Part shown: positions 1-13,300 of the stretch, one piece after another | Layout of the letters: the number at the start of each line of letters is the position of its first letter | Numbering within the stretch: position 1 is the first letter of the stretch | Source: Phoronis australis | Lineage: Eukaryota; Animalia; Phoronida | DNA length: 64,000 nucleotides | Reading direction: 5' to 3' | Assembly (NCBI GenBank): GCA_002633005.1 | Contig: NMRA01000005.1 | Location: 1,533,635-1,597,634 of the forward strand | Made by a program: the position numbers and the translations under genes | Notes under the pieces: generated by a model | The model's input: only the letters and a program-made list of their open reading frames with translations | Told to the model about the DNA's origin: nothing | Databases searched by the model: none

Positions 1-1332
1 CTGCATATTCTGACGAGCCAAAATTTGTGTACAAGCATTGAACTGCTCCACCTCTTGGCATGGAATCTGTGTGTTCTGTGTTCGTGACATTCTGGACTCC
101 TGGAATTTCTGAAGAACCTGAATTTCTTTCTTCATTGGTTTTGGATTAGCGTTACTTGATCTGTCAATATTTGGAAGTGGGATGTTGAATGTTCTGGCTT
201 TTATGATAGAATGCAGTGCTGAGTCTACCAACATATGCCCCCCTCACTGGCACTAATTTCCTCTAAAATCAGTTACCTATGTTCATAAAAAGCATGCATA
301 TAAACAAATTATGAGCCATAACTATTAAAAATTAATTAATAACTTTTTGTTACACAATCCTTTGGCTTTTCATCAAATTCAGGTGAAATCAGCAGCCAAA
401 TTCTTAGTACATGCCAGCAGCAGACGAAATCGATGCTTGGGAATAACTAATAATATCCCAAATAGCAGAGAAAAAAGCCACTTTCTGCCCATTTTATTAA
501 GGGTTTGTGTAATGAATAAGTCAATAACTCCACCAGAATAACATATTTTTCTATCAAATATTATTTTTGATACCTCAAATGAATATATTTTTCAGAAAAA
601 TAATTCAGTGTGAAATTTATTATGAAAAACACACCAACTTTTATGTTATATAATCTAAAATTTGATTAAAATTCCACATTTAGTATCGAAATCTTAAAAA
701 CAAATTATTGAAACAATCAACTCATTAACCCTGACTGTAGATTGTAAAATGTTTTTGTGTAAATGCGTATCAGGTTATAAACAAAGTTTGCAGAACGTAA
801 ATGCGGTAAATTGGGGTTTGCGAATTGGCAGCCATTTTCGCGGCCATTTTGTCAGCCATCTTGATTTTTTTCTCGCAAACCAGTGACCAATTGTAAGGTA
901 CAGATATTTTAAATTGTCTAACTTACAAAAGAATAAAACTTTTGCCATTTTCAGGGCAAAATATAAAAAGAAATCTTGCAACATGTACCAAATTGCCGTT
1001 TCGGCAGCTATTTTGTCGGCCATATTGGTTTTATTTTACGAAAAATTGTCATCTTATGATTGATATGCCTGTTATGAAAAGTATATAATCAATGACAAAC
1101 TTTATTGTTTATTTTCAGCTGTTACATAAGAGTAATATGCCAGAAAACAGTAAACACCGGTTTTGTCGGCCATTTTTCCCGCCATCTTGAAAAACCGGCT
1201 TCTGCCACTCCGATTTCGGTAGATTTTTTTCTGACACCAAGGGATGTTTGAAGATGACATTTATGCAAAAAAAACCTTCTGTTGCATTTTTTTCTAGGTT
1301 GGGTCCTCTGGAGCCCTAGAATGACTGGACTA
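1..1332. mobile_element. Terminus of an Academ-like DNA transposon extending off the left edge of the window
   Basis: Ends in ...ATGACTGGACTA at 1332, i.e. TAGTCCAGTCAT on the minus strand, matching TAG..CTA Academ termini. Subterminal GGCCATTTT/GCCATCTTG motifs are clustered at ~827-868, ~1002-1028 and ~1165-1193. The other TIR is not in the window. Confidence 0.5.
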
Positions 1333-1464
1333 TAATGCTTTCGATTTAAAAATCTTGAGGGACTTTCTGATATGTAAGCTATGAATGTTTTTTTTTCACA
1401 GGAAATGATGTGTGTGTGTGTTGTCAAAATCAGTTGCATGCTGAGTTAGCCACTGAATGATCTC

Positions 1465-1705
1465 TAAAAAAATAATTGCAGGCGGTCTGATACACGTTGT
1501 ACCAGACGTGCGCAGGCCTCGCATGTGGGCCCATTGCACTGATCACCTGGAAATATTTTTGTGTTTTATTAATATGTGGTTAAAACCGAGCTGAGAAGTT
1601 AGAAACCTGGCTGAAGGGTTTAGCAGTGTGACCTGGTGGGACTCGAACCCACGACCTCGAGTAAAGAAAGCTGGCACTTATCAACCAGGCCATACTGCCT
1701 CCTCT
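1465..1705 (-). mobile_element. tRNA-derived SINE
   Basis: The minus strand has an A box (TGGCCTGGTTGA) and a B box (GGTTCGAGTCC). It is flanked by an 11-bp direct repeat TGAATGATCTC at 1454-1464 and 1706-1716 (TSD). Confidence 0.8.
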
Positions 1706-2409
1706 TGAATGATCTCAGTGCTTAATATGCTCAAGGGCGTTTCGATCAAAGAGTGATATTTTGATTGGTTAGACTGATACATACCAAGGGAACTTGTACC
1801 ATGTGATAAAATGTAATTGTTTACATATGTTTTGGAAAAAATAAATGGTTTAACGAGATAATCAAACGTTAAAATTGTGTCTTTAGCATCTAACGTCAGT
1901 GTATAATACAGGATTACTTTTACATAAACATTTAAAACTATTATAGATTTTGGATTTCCTGTATTTAGTTAAGGTTAAGAATGCATGCCTACATGATGTT
2001 CTCTGCACATTTGTTGCTTAGATAACACTATCACTGAAGGTGTTACTCTATCAAAAATCAAAAATTAAAGGGCAATTTTGACAGTAAAATCACCCATGGA
2101 AATCTTATTTTAATGATGTAGATTTCAGACTCTGTCCCAATTTTTGTACTTCAGGGTGACCTAAAAGGGCGGTTGGGTTCCTTGTTAAATCCAGGTTGTC
2201 TCTTGGGAGGCATTTTTATTTAGTGCATCTTCATTGAATAAATTCATGTTTATGATTCTTTTTGGCAGCTTTCCCAGATTTCCGTAAAACTTCCACGCTC
2301 AGATTTGGAAATTCTGGGTATTAGAAAAGGCATAAAAATCGGTGCTGTGAAACCTGTTGTGATACGAATAGATGTTATTGAAAGTATTTTTTGTCTGCAT
2401 TAAACTCAC

Positions 2410-2581
2410 CATTCTAACACAATGTGTCCTTCGTTGATTACCACAATTGCCACGTTGGAAGCCAATTCCTTGTTTTGGGAGCTAATTCCTTGTTTTGCAA
2501 GCCGGTTTCACACCATCACTTGTTGATGTCAGAGCCTCAGGGTTAGCATACACTACTTGATAATGTCCTTTAAGTATATCA
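2410..2581 (-). pseudogene. RecQ-like SF2 helicase pseudo-exon, possibly from an AcademH-type transposon
   Basis: AG..GT-bounded segment translating DILKGHYQVVYANPEAL...LQNKELASNVAIVVINEGHIVLEW (RecQ motif Ib and motif II, DEAH degraded to NEGH). It carries a frameshift and a 20-bp tandem duplication at 2461-2500. Confidence 0.65.
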
Positions 2582-4110
2582 CTAATTGGAACACATAAGC
2601 GGATTCAGGGGGGCAGGGGCTGCCGCAAGCAAAATGAAACAGCGCGACGCGTGAGGAAGGACCGGTACTGGAAAAGGTGGGGGGACTCAGACCCCAGTTC
2701 GTGGCGGGCTCTCGTTCCCGTTTCTTTATTTTTTGAAATTTTTTTAGTCGATAGATTTCCCAGACAGAAGGTTCATACTCCGGGCCCCCGCATCTTTCGG
2801 GACGCTAGTACACATACAACCGCGCTCTGCCCAATTCCCCGAGACAACATGTTGAGGGCCCCCTTCTGGTCCCTGATCCGCCAAAGGAACAGTACTACAA
2901 AACGTCACCACTAGTTTCTTCATCATCATTATCATCATCACTAATGTCTCGCAAAAATTGTTGTTGTTCTGATATTGTAATTAGTGCACGGCAAAGATCT
3001 ACTAAAGTTTGGTGAACTACACGGCTAATAAGCAAACAAATTGCAGTTCAGTGTGGGAACATCAATAGCGCAATTAGTTGACCTGTCAACTGTGCTTCTT
3101 CTGCTAGTTTTATTTTAATCGCACAGTGAACCTTTTATGTTCACTTAGTGATAACTAAACTGTTTCAATGATGTTTTTCGTTTTAAAATTGCTTCAATTA
3201 ATACTACAGGTACTCCAATATCGTCCGCATTCGTAGCGACTTTACTCGGGGATTCCACTGATAGGGAATTCCCCGAGAATGCATGACAAGGGAGATAAGA
3301 CTTTATTTCGATACATAAACGAGTCGACAAATACGGACTTTCTCATCTACCAGGATTATAATTTCCGTTTTTAAGAAATTGGTCCTAACTGCTACAAAAC
3401 TCATTCAAATCACAACAATGACGAGACGTTTTTCTTCGGTTTATTTGGTGCAGATATGAACCGATATGATCTGGCGAGATCCAGCCTCATAACTCATTTT
3501 TCGCGGTATTTTGTAAATGTGATGTGCCATATGTGAAGAACTAGTCGCTAACCGACTAGAGCGACGTCTTTCGTGAAAATGGAGTCACAGGCGCTTGATC
3601 ACGACTGACGTCACTCACTATTTATGGTTATGAGTCATCGCGAAATTCGAGCGCCTGTGATGACAGTCACGAAAGTTTTCTTTAAAGAGTAAAATTACAC
3701 TGTAATACATCTGGCGGTAATTAAGTTTTTTTGTGAAAACCGAAAAATTTTACTGTCGCACATCTGATGGTATTTTTTTAAGATAAAACTTAGTTTTAAT
3801 CAGTAAGCGTCCCCCTGTGGGCAAGCCCATAACAGCCCTCACGTGTTTAAGTCTGTGTTTACTGCTCAATCAGTCGTTTTACGGTATTGGGCCATTAGTG
3901 GCCAAGAAACGTAAACCGACATGCGGTACAAGCGGTAACAAGCAACAGATATGCAGCACTGGGCCAATACTGTCATGTTTACTAGGTTGTAGACGCACAG
4001 CTCCCTTATAGGATCAAAACTATGTGCCATTCTATCATCAGTACGCCTCGTTGGCTCAACATTATGGCAACTTTCTGAATGAAAGGACTGAGGGTATACG
4101 AAGCTGTTCT

Positions 4111-4433
4111 CAGGGGCGGATCAAGGATCTCGAGTTAGGGGGGAGGACCCAGGAATAAACAGAATTTGGGCAGATGCGCGCGCCCGGGGTAAAATGTGGG
4201 GATACAGGGTCTCGAATTTTTGTGTTTGCGGACCTGTTGACAAAAACAAAAACTTGCAGACCTGTTGACTAAAAAAAAAACGGTAAACGGGGTTTGTTCA
4301 GGCCCTATTTATTGTTTATTCACCTCCCGAGCTCACCAGATTGCGCGCATGTGATAGTGAGCAATTCGCTGGTATCTGGTAAAATTTTAGGGGGGGCCAT
4401 GGCCCCCTTAGCCCCTCCCTAAATCCGCCACCG
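4111..4433. mobile_element. hAT-type MITE (CAGGGGCGGATC TIR family)
   Basis: Termini are CAGGGGCGGATC and AATCCGCCACCG with G/C-rich subterminal runs. Flanks GTTCT/GTTCA form a near-match 5-bp TSD. Confidence 0.65.
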
Positions 4434-5435
4434 GTTCAATACCTGGCGGGAGATTCGATTTAATTGAAAGCCCTTTAACCTTTGACCTTGGATAAGTAGT
4501 AAACAAATATCCATGCTGTTGTGCGGTTCCAAGAAGGTTCTGCTAAATCTGTTTTTTCTCGCTACGCGGTTTATATTTTATATTTGAAGTTCCCCGAGAA
4601 TAAACATAAGGTATTTGCTATTGTAAAAATGGCCAATTTTCGTGAATAAGGTTGGAGATATCCTTAATAACACAAGTACGTACCCATCTTTCCGTATTTG
4701 TAAGACATGCGGGCAATTTCGCATGTACATGAAATCCGGGCGTTGCTTTGGGTACCATAGGTACACCACTTAGTTCATCTAGTATTCAAAGAATCGTTTA
4801 TTTTGGCATGAAAAAGTATATTACACTTGAGTTTGAAATTTAAGATATATTTGGAGAAGTGAACCTCCGGAATAGTGAGCTGTTCCCATTTCCAGCGATT
4901 TAAGCAACTTAAGTAACACCAGAACACGCAAAATACAACCAGACAGAAAATTACGAATCATTCTCTGACTAAATATTTCCGTCAGAGTATGTAATGAGGT
5001 GTAAAAGTTTGGCAGGGGGTAACGCGAGAACGTTCTCTTTGTGGGCCGCATTACATCCGAATTTGATTTCCGTTCTCTAATTGCAAGCAATTGTCACGGC
5101 ATCATAATTTCTGGTTTTACGAATTCTGTCTCACCTCGGTGACATAGAGCTGAGTCATCGCTGTGAATACAGATTTCCATTCCCCTGATTAAGTTGGGTC
5201 AAAGGCCTTACCGAACTACCATGTCGATGTTTGCAAAATATCAAAGGTCTACCATTCTAGAAATTCAACTCCCCCCGCGCAATGCTGGCTACGAGCCTGG
5301 TGTTGATTTCCTAAATGGGCTTCAGACAGATCGTATGATTGTAATTCATATTAAATAATTATACGATTACGGGTGTATCGCAATCAGTTCTAATGACAGA
5401 TATACCAGGATTCATATTATAAACTTCCAAGTTAC

Positions 5436-5522
5436 CTGATCAATGACGTATATGATGTAAGCTGGCTCACACCATGACAATGCCAAGAAGACAACGCAAC
5501 AAATTCTGTGTTCCATTCGAGT
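5436..5522 (-). CDS. Exon 6 of DUF7789-like multi-pass membrane protein
   Basis: ttttttggcAG | TRMEHRICCVVFLALSWCEPAYIIYVIDQ | GTaact; 87 nt, phase 0-0, in frame with exon 5. Confidence 0.85.
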
Positions 5523-5971
5523 CTGCCAAAAAAACGTTTACATTTAATTAAGTCAACGTTGCACAAAGTTGATAATTGTAATTTATCAGGTATGAAATGC
5601 CTTTTGTCAAAACTCGTATTTCATTCAGACCACTCACACTTCTTACTGAGATAAGAACTGACTTCTGGGATCTACATAATGGAAGTGACTTCAGACATAA
5701 GACAGAAATTTTGTCTTACGAAGAAAACACTTCACAGTTGCCGCTGTTTAATTTAAGCAATTAGTTGTGAGCGCGTCGCAGTCTAGAATTAATTTTTGAA
5801 ATCGGTTCAATAACTATCAGTTTTGCGCTTATTCTCAGGCACTTTACACAACTGTCCTCGAATAAACACAGTTTTTGAATGACTGAAGTGCTGGCTAAAT
5901 TCGAAATCCTAAAACTGAACCTAAAAGACCAAATCCTGAAAAGTAATGATATAAATGCGATTGGTACAAAC

Positions 5972-6088
5972 CGAGACAAATCCAAGAATCAACCAGCCGA
6001 TGCTGAACGGGAATCCTATCCCAAGAACAATTTTCTGCAGAACGCTTGTGAAGGTTTCTCTACGAAGTATCAAAAGCAGGAGAGAACA
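5972..6088 (-). CDS. Exon 5 of DUF7789-like multi-pass membrane protein
   Basis: ttcttttcAG | CSLLLLILRRETFTSVLQKIVLGIGFPFSIGWLILGFVS | GTttgt; 117 nt, phase 0-0, hydrophobic helices. Confidence 0.85.
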
Positions 6089-6414
6089 CTGAAAAGAATG
6101 TAACTGATGAAATTTACGATGACAGGAGGGTTGAGTTCCATAGGCCGTAGCACATTATAACTTTACCCAAACTGCAAAACGCTTGTGAAAGTTCCTCAAG
6201 CAATATGAAAAACAAGAGAAAAATATCAAATAAATCAAATGAATGACCGTAAGGTTATACCTCAACTCGCAGAAGTTCTGTCATAAGTTTACCAGCTTCA
6301 CACATAAGTGTATCGGTGGTGCAACTAATAGTACTCGTTACTTGCTCACATACCCCGTCCATAATGCCGAGTGTGAACGGCTTTTTTGCAGCTTCCACTG
6401 AATTTTTTTTAAAG

Positions 6415-6880
6415 TGATATATATTTATTAAAGAATACACAGGACATACAAAGAAATAATGACAAACTCAGAAATCGCGAAGCATTATATCTGAGTTGTA
6501 AACAATTCACAAATGAAACTAATATACATAGAGGAATGTACAATTATGTAGTATGTAATATAAGTATTCCAATATTTAGATATGCTATTGCGAATATATA
6601 AAACAAAAACATGTACAGATTCATGTATGGAAATCAGAAGCAACAATATTGATAAACGGTACATAAAAATTTGCTAACGTTGCTTAGGAGGAATTCATTG
6701 AGAACAAGGTAAAAGTTAGGACTACCATTCAATAATAATGTAACTCTCGTAGGGATATTATTACAAGAATTGAGAGCATTAGCAATTGATTGGTTTTCAT
6801 TGAGTGCACGAAAGAGTGAGTTTTTCAAGTAGTCGATGAGGGGACATTTAAAGAAAATATGAGGATAAGATTGAATCCAA
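6415..6880 (-). mobile_element. 3' end of a CR1-like non-LTR retrotransposon
   Basis: Minus strand reads HIFFKCP...LLLNGSPN...NEFLLSNVSKF, typical of a LINE ORF2 C-terminus, followed by a 3' UTR with AATAAA near 6424-6429. Confidence 0.55.
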
Positions 6881-7403
6881 TGATCAGATCTGTTCTCACT
6901 TTGATGACCTTGGCAACAGGTATAAAAAACTCACTTAGTGAAAGCTGTAATGTTTTATTACTCCAAAACCTTAGTGATTTCATTTTTAAATGTCATAGTA
7001 AACAATTGATTTATGTTTAGCTATGCTGAGCTTTTTGTTTGTTTGTTTGTTTGTTTTTTGTTGAGTTCTTTAATTTCTGGTGATTTCCTTTTGCTTTTGT
7101 CATTTTCTTTGTGACATTGCTCATTATTACCAATTTTACCTAAATATTGCTATGTATATATAAGCCTGGTTAAAACGATTCGTAATCTGCTTTGGGCTGA
7201 GTCTCTGTTCCATTATTTTATGGTCAAATACTTGTGTTGCAATAAAAACAAAAACAAAAACAAAAACAAAAAACAAAAGCAATGGTTCAAACTTCATTAA
7301 GATAACAATTTCTCAAAATATTTACTGCAAGAAACTGTGTTGTTCGTTTCTATAGCAGGCAAGATGTACCTACGCAGAAAAGTCCAATTACTGCTAGTCT
7401 TAC

Positions 7404-7592
7404 CTCAAACTGAAGATCAAGTTTAAGACATGCTTCAAAGGCGAAGAGAATATTGCAGGCTTTCTGTAATTTTTCGTCCGCGGATTCCACAAATCTGAAT
7501 ATGAGTGTGTTGTGACGGAAGTACTTAACCAGTATGAATGTCCCCTGCTCCATAATAATAGGGCAAATTACACATGTGAGTATGAGACGCAC
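7404..7592 (-). CDS. Exon 4 of DUF7789-like multi-pass membrane protein
   Basis: ttgtttacAG | VRLILTCVICPII...LIFRFVESADEKLQKACNILFAFEACLKLDLQFE | GTaaga; 189 nt, phase 0-0. Confidence 0.88.
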
Positions 7593-8028
7593 CTGTAAAC
7601 AAAAACTACCAAGATTAATGTTGGCACCTCAAATAAATGTTTGTACATTAAAGACGGCCAACAAATTAGCACACGGTCAGCCTTCGTAGCTACGTTACTC
7701 GTCGTCATGTTCATGACCAATCATGAGCTAGAATAGATCGAAGCCGTTCATTATCTACTTGGAACTAGTCTATCGTATCAACGAGGATGATTTTCGGTGA
7801 TGAGATGAACCCTCGTAGACAAGGCGGCACGATACTTTTGATTTTCTACGAAAACAATACTGTTTACAAAAATATAATTTTCATTTTGAATCAGTTGTGA
7901 GGGCCAATCTCACCGGCTAATGCCAAAAAATAATAAAACTGTTAAAGATGCACCATGTTTAGCTGGCAATAAATAAAAATCGAATTAGAGCTTTAACTAA
8001 CATAAAATCGATCTCATATTCGTTACTG

Positions 8029-8183
8029 TGATAGGATTCCGCTTCCGTTACCTGTTCAAGTCCAAAGCCAATGCGTGCACGCGCATTTTTCGAATTCATA
8101 ATTTTTGGGCTCACTGGCCAAAACTACTAAACTCTGAATCGTTTTCTTGAGTCGATGGTGGTAATGGAAACGGAATACTACCA
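8029..8183. mobile_element. Small MITE; related copies at ~32238-32406 and ~33890
   Basis: Imperfect TIRs TGATAGGATTCCGCTTCCGTTACC and GGTAATGGAAACGGAATACTACCA. Confidence 0.5.
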
Positions 8184-10096
8184 AGATAAGGAATATTATG
8201 ATTTTAAATTTATTAAAGTGAAAGACTTAATTCGGTTTTCGTTTTTTAGTAAGCGTAACAGGGCGAAATACAACTTTAAACGGGAACAGGTGGCCGTTTT
8301 GTAGACGCAGTACACTCGAGTAAAGAAAGATCACGCAAGTTTTAGTGAGATATACATGTAGCTATGCACTTCAAGCAAACCATGTGACCCCATTCGAATA
8401 ATGTCATTATAGCTTTACTTGCGAGCCAGGCCATCACGTCTAGGAAAATGAGACCTCTTAAGTAAAAATATACTTCATAAAAGAAGCAAAAGCTCGTTGA
8501 AATTTTGCAATGGGGTAACTTTTTTGTGGATTCCGTTCTTAAGTCGACCGATCCCACTATTATACACACCGCTCATTTCAGGGCTATTTACGAAACTGCC
8601 TCTGGTGTTTAAACTGGGCGGATTGATAAGGGAGCTGGCTAAAACGGCGGAATAGTTCGAGGTAGTGGTTACCCGGTACTTGGTTGAACGGTAAATAAAT
8701 AAGTTGCCCAAGGTAGCAGCAGTAACCAGTTGATGGACAGCAGCATAAAAGCTAACACACTTGTTAAGTTTCTACCGACACACAAAGTTTGTTAACTCTA
8801 ACTACAATATATACATGGGAGGCACACCATAGGGGGCTGGGGGAGGGGGGGCTATAGCCCCTCCACCGTGCTTTTTTCAGTGCTGCACCGTCCATGATAT
8901 GTAGTGAATAGAAATATGTGTGGGTTATGAGTGCAAAACAACAACAATATTGAAAGATCCGGTGACTCCAAATCATCAACATGAATGAAGTCTGAACATC
9001 TTTGTCATATAAGGTTTCACTATGAGTAGACGCTGATCAGTGACATAGTTAACAAAAACACAAGGATTTCCGGAATAGTTATGTAACATAAATTGTTTTG
9101 CTGGGACAGTAGTACCTCATAAGACATGACTGAACTTGTACTCTATTAACGTCATGAGAACTGGGAACAAAAACACTAAAATTGTAACAGTGGGGAGCGC
9201 TACACTTCCACCAGTACTAAAATGTTAGAGGTTCCTATGTAACTTAAAGACCTCACTTCCCGACGCTCCTTCAGGGAATTTAAAGGCGAAGGCAATTGTT
9301 TTTCATGTCATTTTAGCAAAAACAAAAGGTTACTTGGTTATTCCAGACATGTTTTTAAGTAAACTTCAGCTTCTCGTAATTTAATTAATTACTCGTCCCC
9401 TACTCTGGAAGTGACGTTTAGGGAGTCAAGAATTACGCGCCAATTTGGTTCTGGATTCGAGTTTACTGTGTGGATCTGAACTACTGTTTTTTGGGGTGTT
9501 TTTTCTAAAGTTGTCGTCACCACTCACAACTTCCCATTGACGAGTGTTGTACGACAAGTTAGGTTGTTAGAGAACTACGTTGGATTTATAGGGCTTGTTT
9601 AGTATGTAGTAACATGAATATGGCTGGAGTAGGCAACCCATATCGCAGTGACCGTAGTGACTTGAGTGACGGAGACATTGTTCATACATGGACAGCAAAC
9701 CATATGGGGCTAGGAGGCTATAACCTTCACTTTTTAGTTCTGAGCAGTGAGGACGAGGATTTTTTTCACGGGCAGTCAGTGGGTGCCCCCCCTCACTGGG
9801 CATCGAACTTGGCCTGTATTCACTCCCACTACTCAACATTGCTGCAGGGCTGCTTACAGGCTCTGGGCTAGAGACAGCACCACAGGGCGAATCACTAGTT
9901 CCCGGAATTGCACGCTCTGGAGTACGTTCGGAGGCACGGGTGACAATACATGGAAGTGCCTCCAGTCACTGTAGTGGCCACAGCTCGCGAGGTTTCTCGC
10001 TTCAAAAATGCACTTCTCTGGGGTGGCGACGGGGCACTGCCAGGGAATCAACAGCGACGGTACGGCACCCTTCTTCAGGCGTCGTTTTGCAAGTTC

Positions 10097-10257
10097 TGTC
10101 GTAATATTTATTAGTAACACCTGTTAGCATTAATCCCATTGTGACCTATAATGCAGTGCTTCTTCCTGTATCATGTAGTGTGTTAAGACAATAGAATTTT
10201 ACTCTTACTTTCATCTCGTGATCATCAAGTAACCACACCACATCCAATAACATAACA
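10097..10257 (+). repeat. 5' LTR
   Basis: TGTCGTAAT...CATAACA; near-identical to 14410-14546. Confidence 0.92.
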
Positions 10258-10271
10258 TGATGTCAGGAGTG
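10258..10271 (+). promoter_or_regulatory. Primer binding site (tRNA-Leu)
   Basis: TGATGTCAGGAGTG directly follows the 5' LTR, one mismatch from TGGTGTCAGGAGTG (complement of the tRNA-Leu CAG 3' end). Confidence 0.8.
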
Positions 10272-10328
10272 CCGAAGAACTGTAGAATTTGAGGACTTGT
10301 TTATTTTGTGATTGCCTGGACTGCAACA

Positions 10329-13300
10329 ATGGCTAGTTTACAAGGATTAACCCAACCATCCATGAATTGGTCATCCAGCGACCTACCACCGACATTTAGC
10401 AACTTCAAGGGACTGTTCCAGTTATATTTTGAAGGACCACTGTCAACATTGGAGGAAACACAAATGATCAAATATTTGCTCATTTGAGTTGGTAAAGAGG
10501 GACGTGATATCCACAAAACATCGACATTAACTGCAGATGAGGCAAAGTCACTGGACACTTACTAGAAAAAATTCGAGGAGTATGTGACGCTCATAAGTAA
10601 TTTCCGTGTTGCGAGATTTAAACTGCGAACCCTGACACAACAAGATGGTGAGTCAATTGATTCGTTCTTGAAACTTATCAGACTCCTTGTTGCTGAATGC
10701 GAATACAGTGAACCAGACGACCACATAATTGATGCCTTAGTCTTTGGCATTCAAAGTCAACATGTGCAAGCTAAGCTGTTACAAGAAACTGATAAGCTGA
10801 CCCTTGACAAAGCAATTGAATTGTTTCGCTTACAAGAGGCAACAGTCCGACAACTCGACGACATACACCCCAGCAGTAACACAGCTGTACACGCCGCTAA
10901 GCCCAAACCGCAGCACAGAAAGCCCCAGAAGCATGACAAAAAACCTGCCCACACATCCAGTGACTGCGGACGGTGCGGAACAGCCCATTCCCAACATGAC
11001 AGATGTCCAGCGCAAGGTGCTACATGTCTGGCCTGTGGCAAGAAGAATCACTGGGCCAATGTTTGTCGCAGTAAATCACGATCACGTCCAACTGGCGGAA
11101 AACCTAAAACACGTGTACACGCTGTAAATACGAATGATGAAGTGTTGTATTTTCACTCGTTGCAAATACATAGTCTATCGGACACCCAAGCCATTGTCAA
11201 CGTACCTCTGACCTCCGGTGATACAACATGTGACATACTCTGCAAGATTGACACTGGCGTGGAAGGTAACGTGATCCCTATTTCCAAGTTTAAGAACATA
11301 GTACCTGCAATGAAGGGACTCTCCCCATCCAAAACACGCATCGAAGTTTATGGCGGCAGCACATTGAAGCAGTATGGTACATGCACTCTCACAGTGACAC
11401 ATGGTACACAGAGCGAAGAGTGCACCTTCCATGTTGTAGAAGCAGATGGTCCAGTCATACTAGGATTTCCAACATGCCGTGCTTTGCAACTGATTTCACT
11501 GAACTGCGAGATCACTACCCATACCAAAGACCCTGAACTTGGTGACACTCTACCAGGCCACTCAAGCCCATTTGTGGTGCCTACAGCTTCCTTCACAAGA
11601 CTTGACGGTGACTCCAATGCGAAAGACCATATACTCCGAAAGTATAAAGACGTCTTTGAAGGTATTGGGTGTTTTGAAGTAGAGGCACACATCACTCTTG
11701 ACCCTACTATTTCCCAATTGTTCAGCCCGTGAGAAGCATCCCTGAAGCATTCCGTGAGCCCTTTATAGCTGAGTTGAAGAAACTTGAGTCACAAGGCATA
11801 ATATCCAAGGTGGACGGCCCAACAGATAGGGTGAACGCTCTGGCATGTGTCACCAAACCGAATAGTTCGCTACGTCTTTGTCTCGATCCAAAAGACCTCA
11901 ACAAAGCCATACAAAGACCCCATCATTACACGCCTACACTGAACGATGTACTGCTCAAGCTCAACGGTGCCAAGTATTTCTCCATCATTGACGCACGCTC
12001 TGGGTACTGGAACATCAAGCTAGATGATGAGAGTTCACATTATACGACGTTCAACTGCATTTATGGAAGAAGATTTCTCCGCCTGCCATTTGGTCTCAAC
12101 TGTTCCCAAGATTTGTTCCAGCGAAAGGTTGATGAAACATTTGGTGACCTCACAGGTGTTACAGGTATCGCCGACGATATTATTGTCTATGGAAAGAAGG
12201 CGGACGGAAGCGACCATGACGCGAACCTAGAAGCTCTCATGAAGCGCGCTCGACAGACAGGAATAAAGTTCAATGCTGATAAATTTCACATACGGTGTAG
12301 TGAAATCCCGTTTTTCGGTCACATTATTAGTCGCAACGGCATAAGCCCTGATCCACGCAAGACTGAAGCCATCGCCCGTATGGACCCTTCATAAAGTCGT
12401 GAAAGTCTTCAAACCTTCCTCGGCATGACCCAGTTCCTAAGGCGATTCACCCCAAGTAGCGTCGGTAGCCGCACCACTATGGGACCTGATCAAGAAAAAG
12501 AACGATTTCATCTGGGGACCTGAGCACCAGAAGGCAGTAGATCAAGTCAAAGCCCTAGTCACTAATCCAGAAACACTGCAGTACTATGATAAGTCAAAAC
12601 CACTAGTAGTACAGGTCGAAGCCTCATCCAAAGGTCTAGGAGCCGCAGTACTCCAGGAAAGTGGACCAATCGGGTATAGAAGCAAACTGCTAACAGAAAC
12701 CGAATCGCGTTATTCTAATATTGAGAGAGAATATCTGGCGATCGTGTTTGATCTGAAAGTCTTCCACCATTACATATATGGCAGACATGTTCAAGTGAAC
12801 TCTGACCATAAGCCGTTGGAATCTAACACGAAGAAACATATCTCAAGCGCATCACCCCCGGCTTGCCCGTATGCTGGTAAGGACCCAGAAATATGACTTC
12901 GACTTAGTGTACGTATGCAAGAACGAAGATCCAATAGCAGATGCCTTATCACGCATTGACCCATGTGCTGCAGATACAATCCCAGGATTTGACATAACCG
13001 TACACGAGATACAGCTCCAACTGAATGCCAGTCATACTCGTCTAACTCAGATCCGCTATGAGACAGCGAAGGACCTTTAGATGATGGTACTACGAAACAT
13101 GATTGCCAACGGATGACCTAACTCCAGAGCTGATTGCCCCACCACCCTGCATGGATACTGGAACTTCAGAGACGAGTTGGGAGTTGAAAATGAAATCATC
13201 ATCAAAGGAAGACGTATAGTCGTGCCACAATCATTACGCCAAACAATACTCAAACAGATTCATTATGCCCACCAAGGAATCGAAAAGTGCCGATTACGAG

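Noticed and set aside
3568-3675. Imperfect palindrome CTTTCGTGA..TCACAGGCGCT / AGCGCCTGTGA..TCACGAAAG
   Set aside because: Probably the internal part of an unclassified MITE; I could not define ends or a TSD.
4821-4965. Candidate terminal exon RMIRNFLSGCILRVLVLL...QV* (minus strand, phase 0)
   Set aside because: Weak acceptor, short hydrophobic stretch and no recognisable family motif; not supportable without transcripts.
6261-6397. AG..GT-bounded open segment between exons 4 and 5
   Set aside because: Its phase is incompatible with the 0-0 junction, and exons 4 and 5 join cleanly without it.
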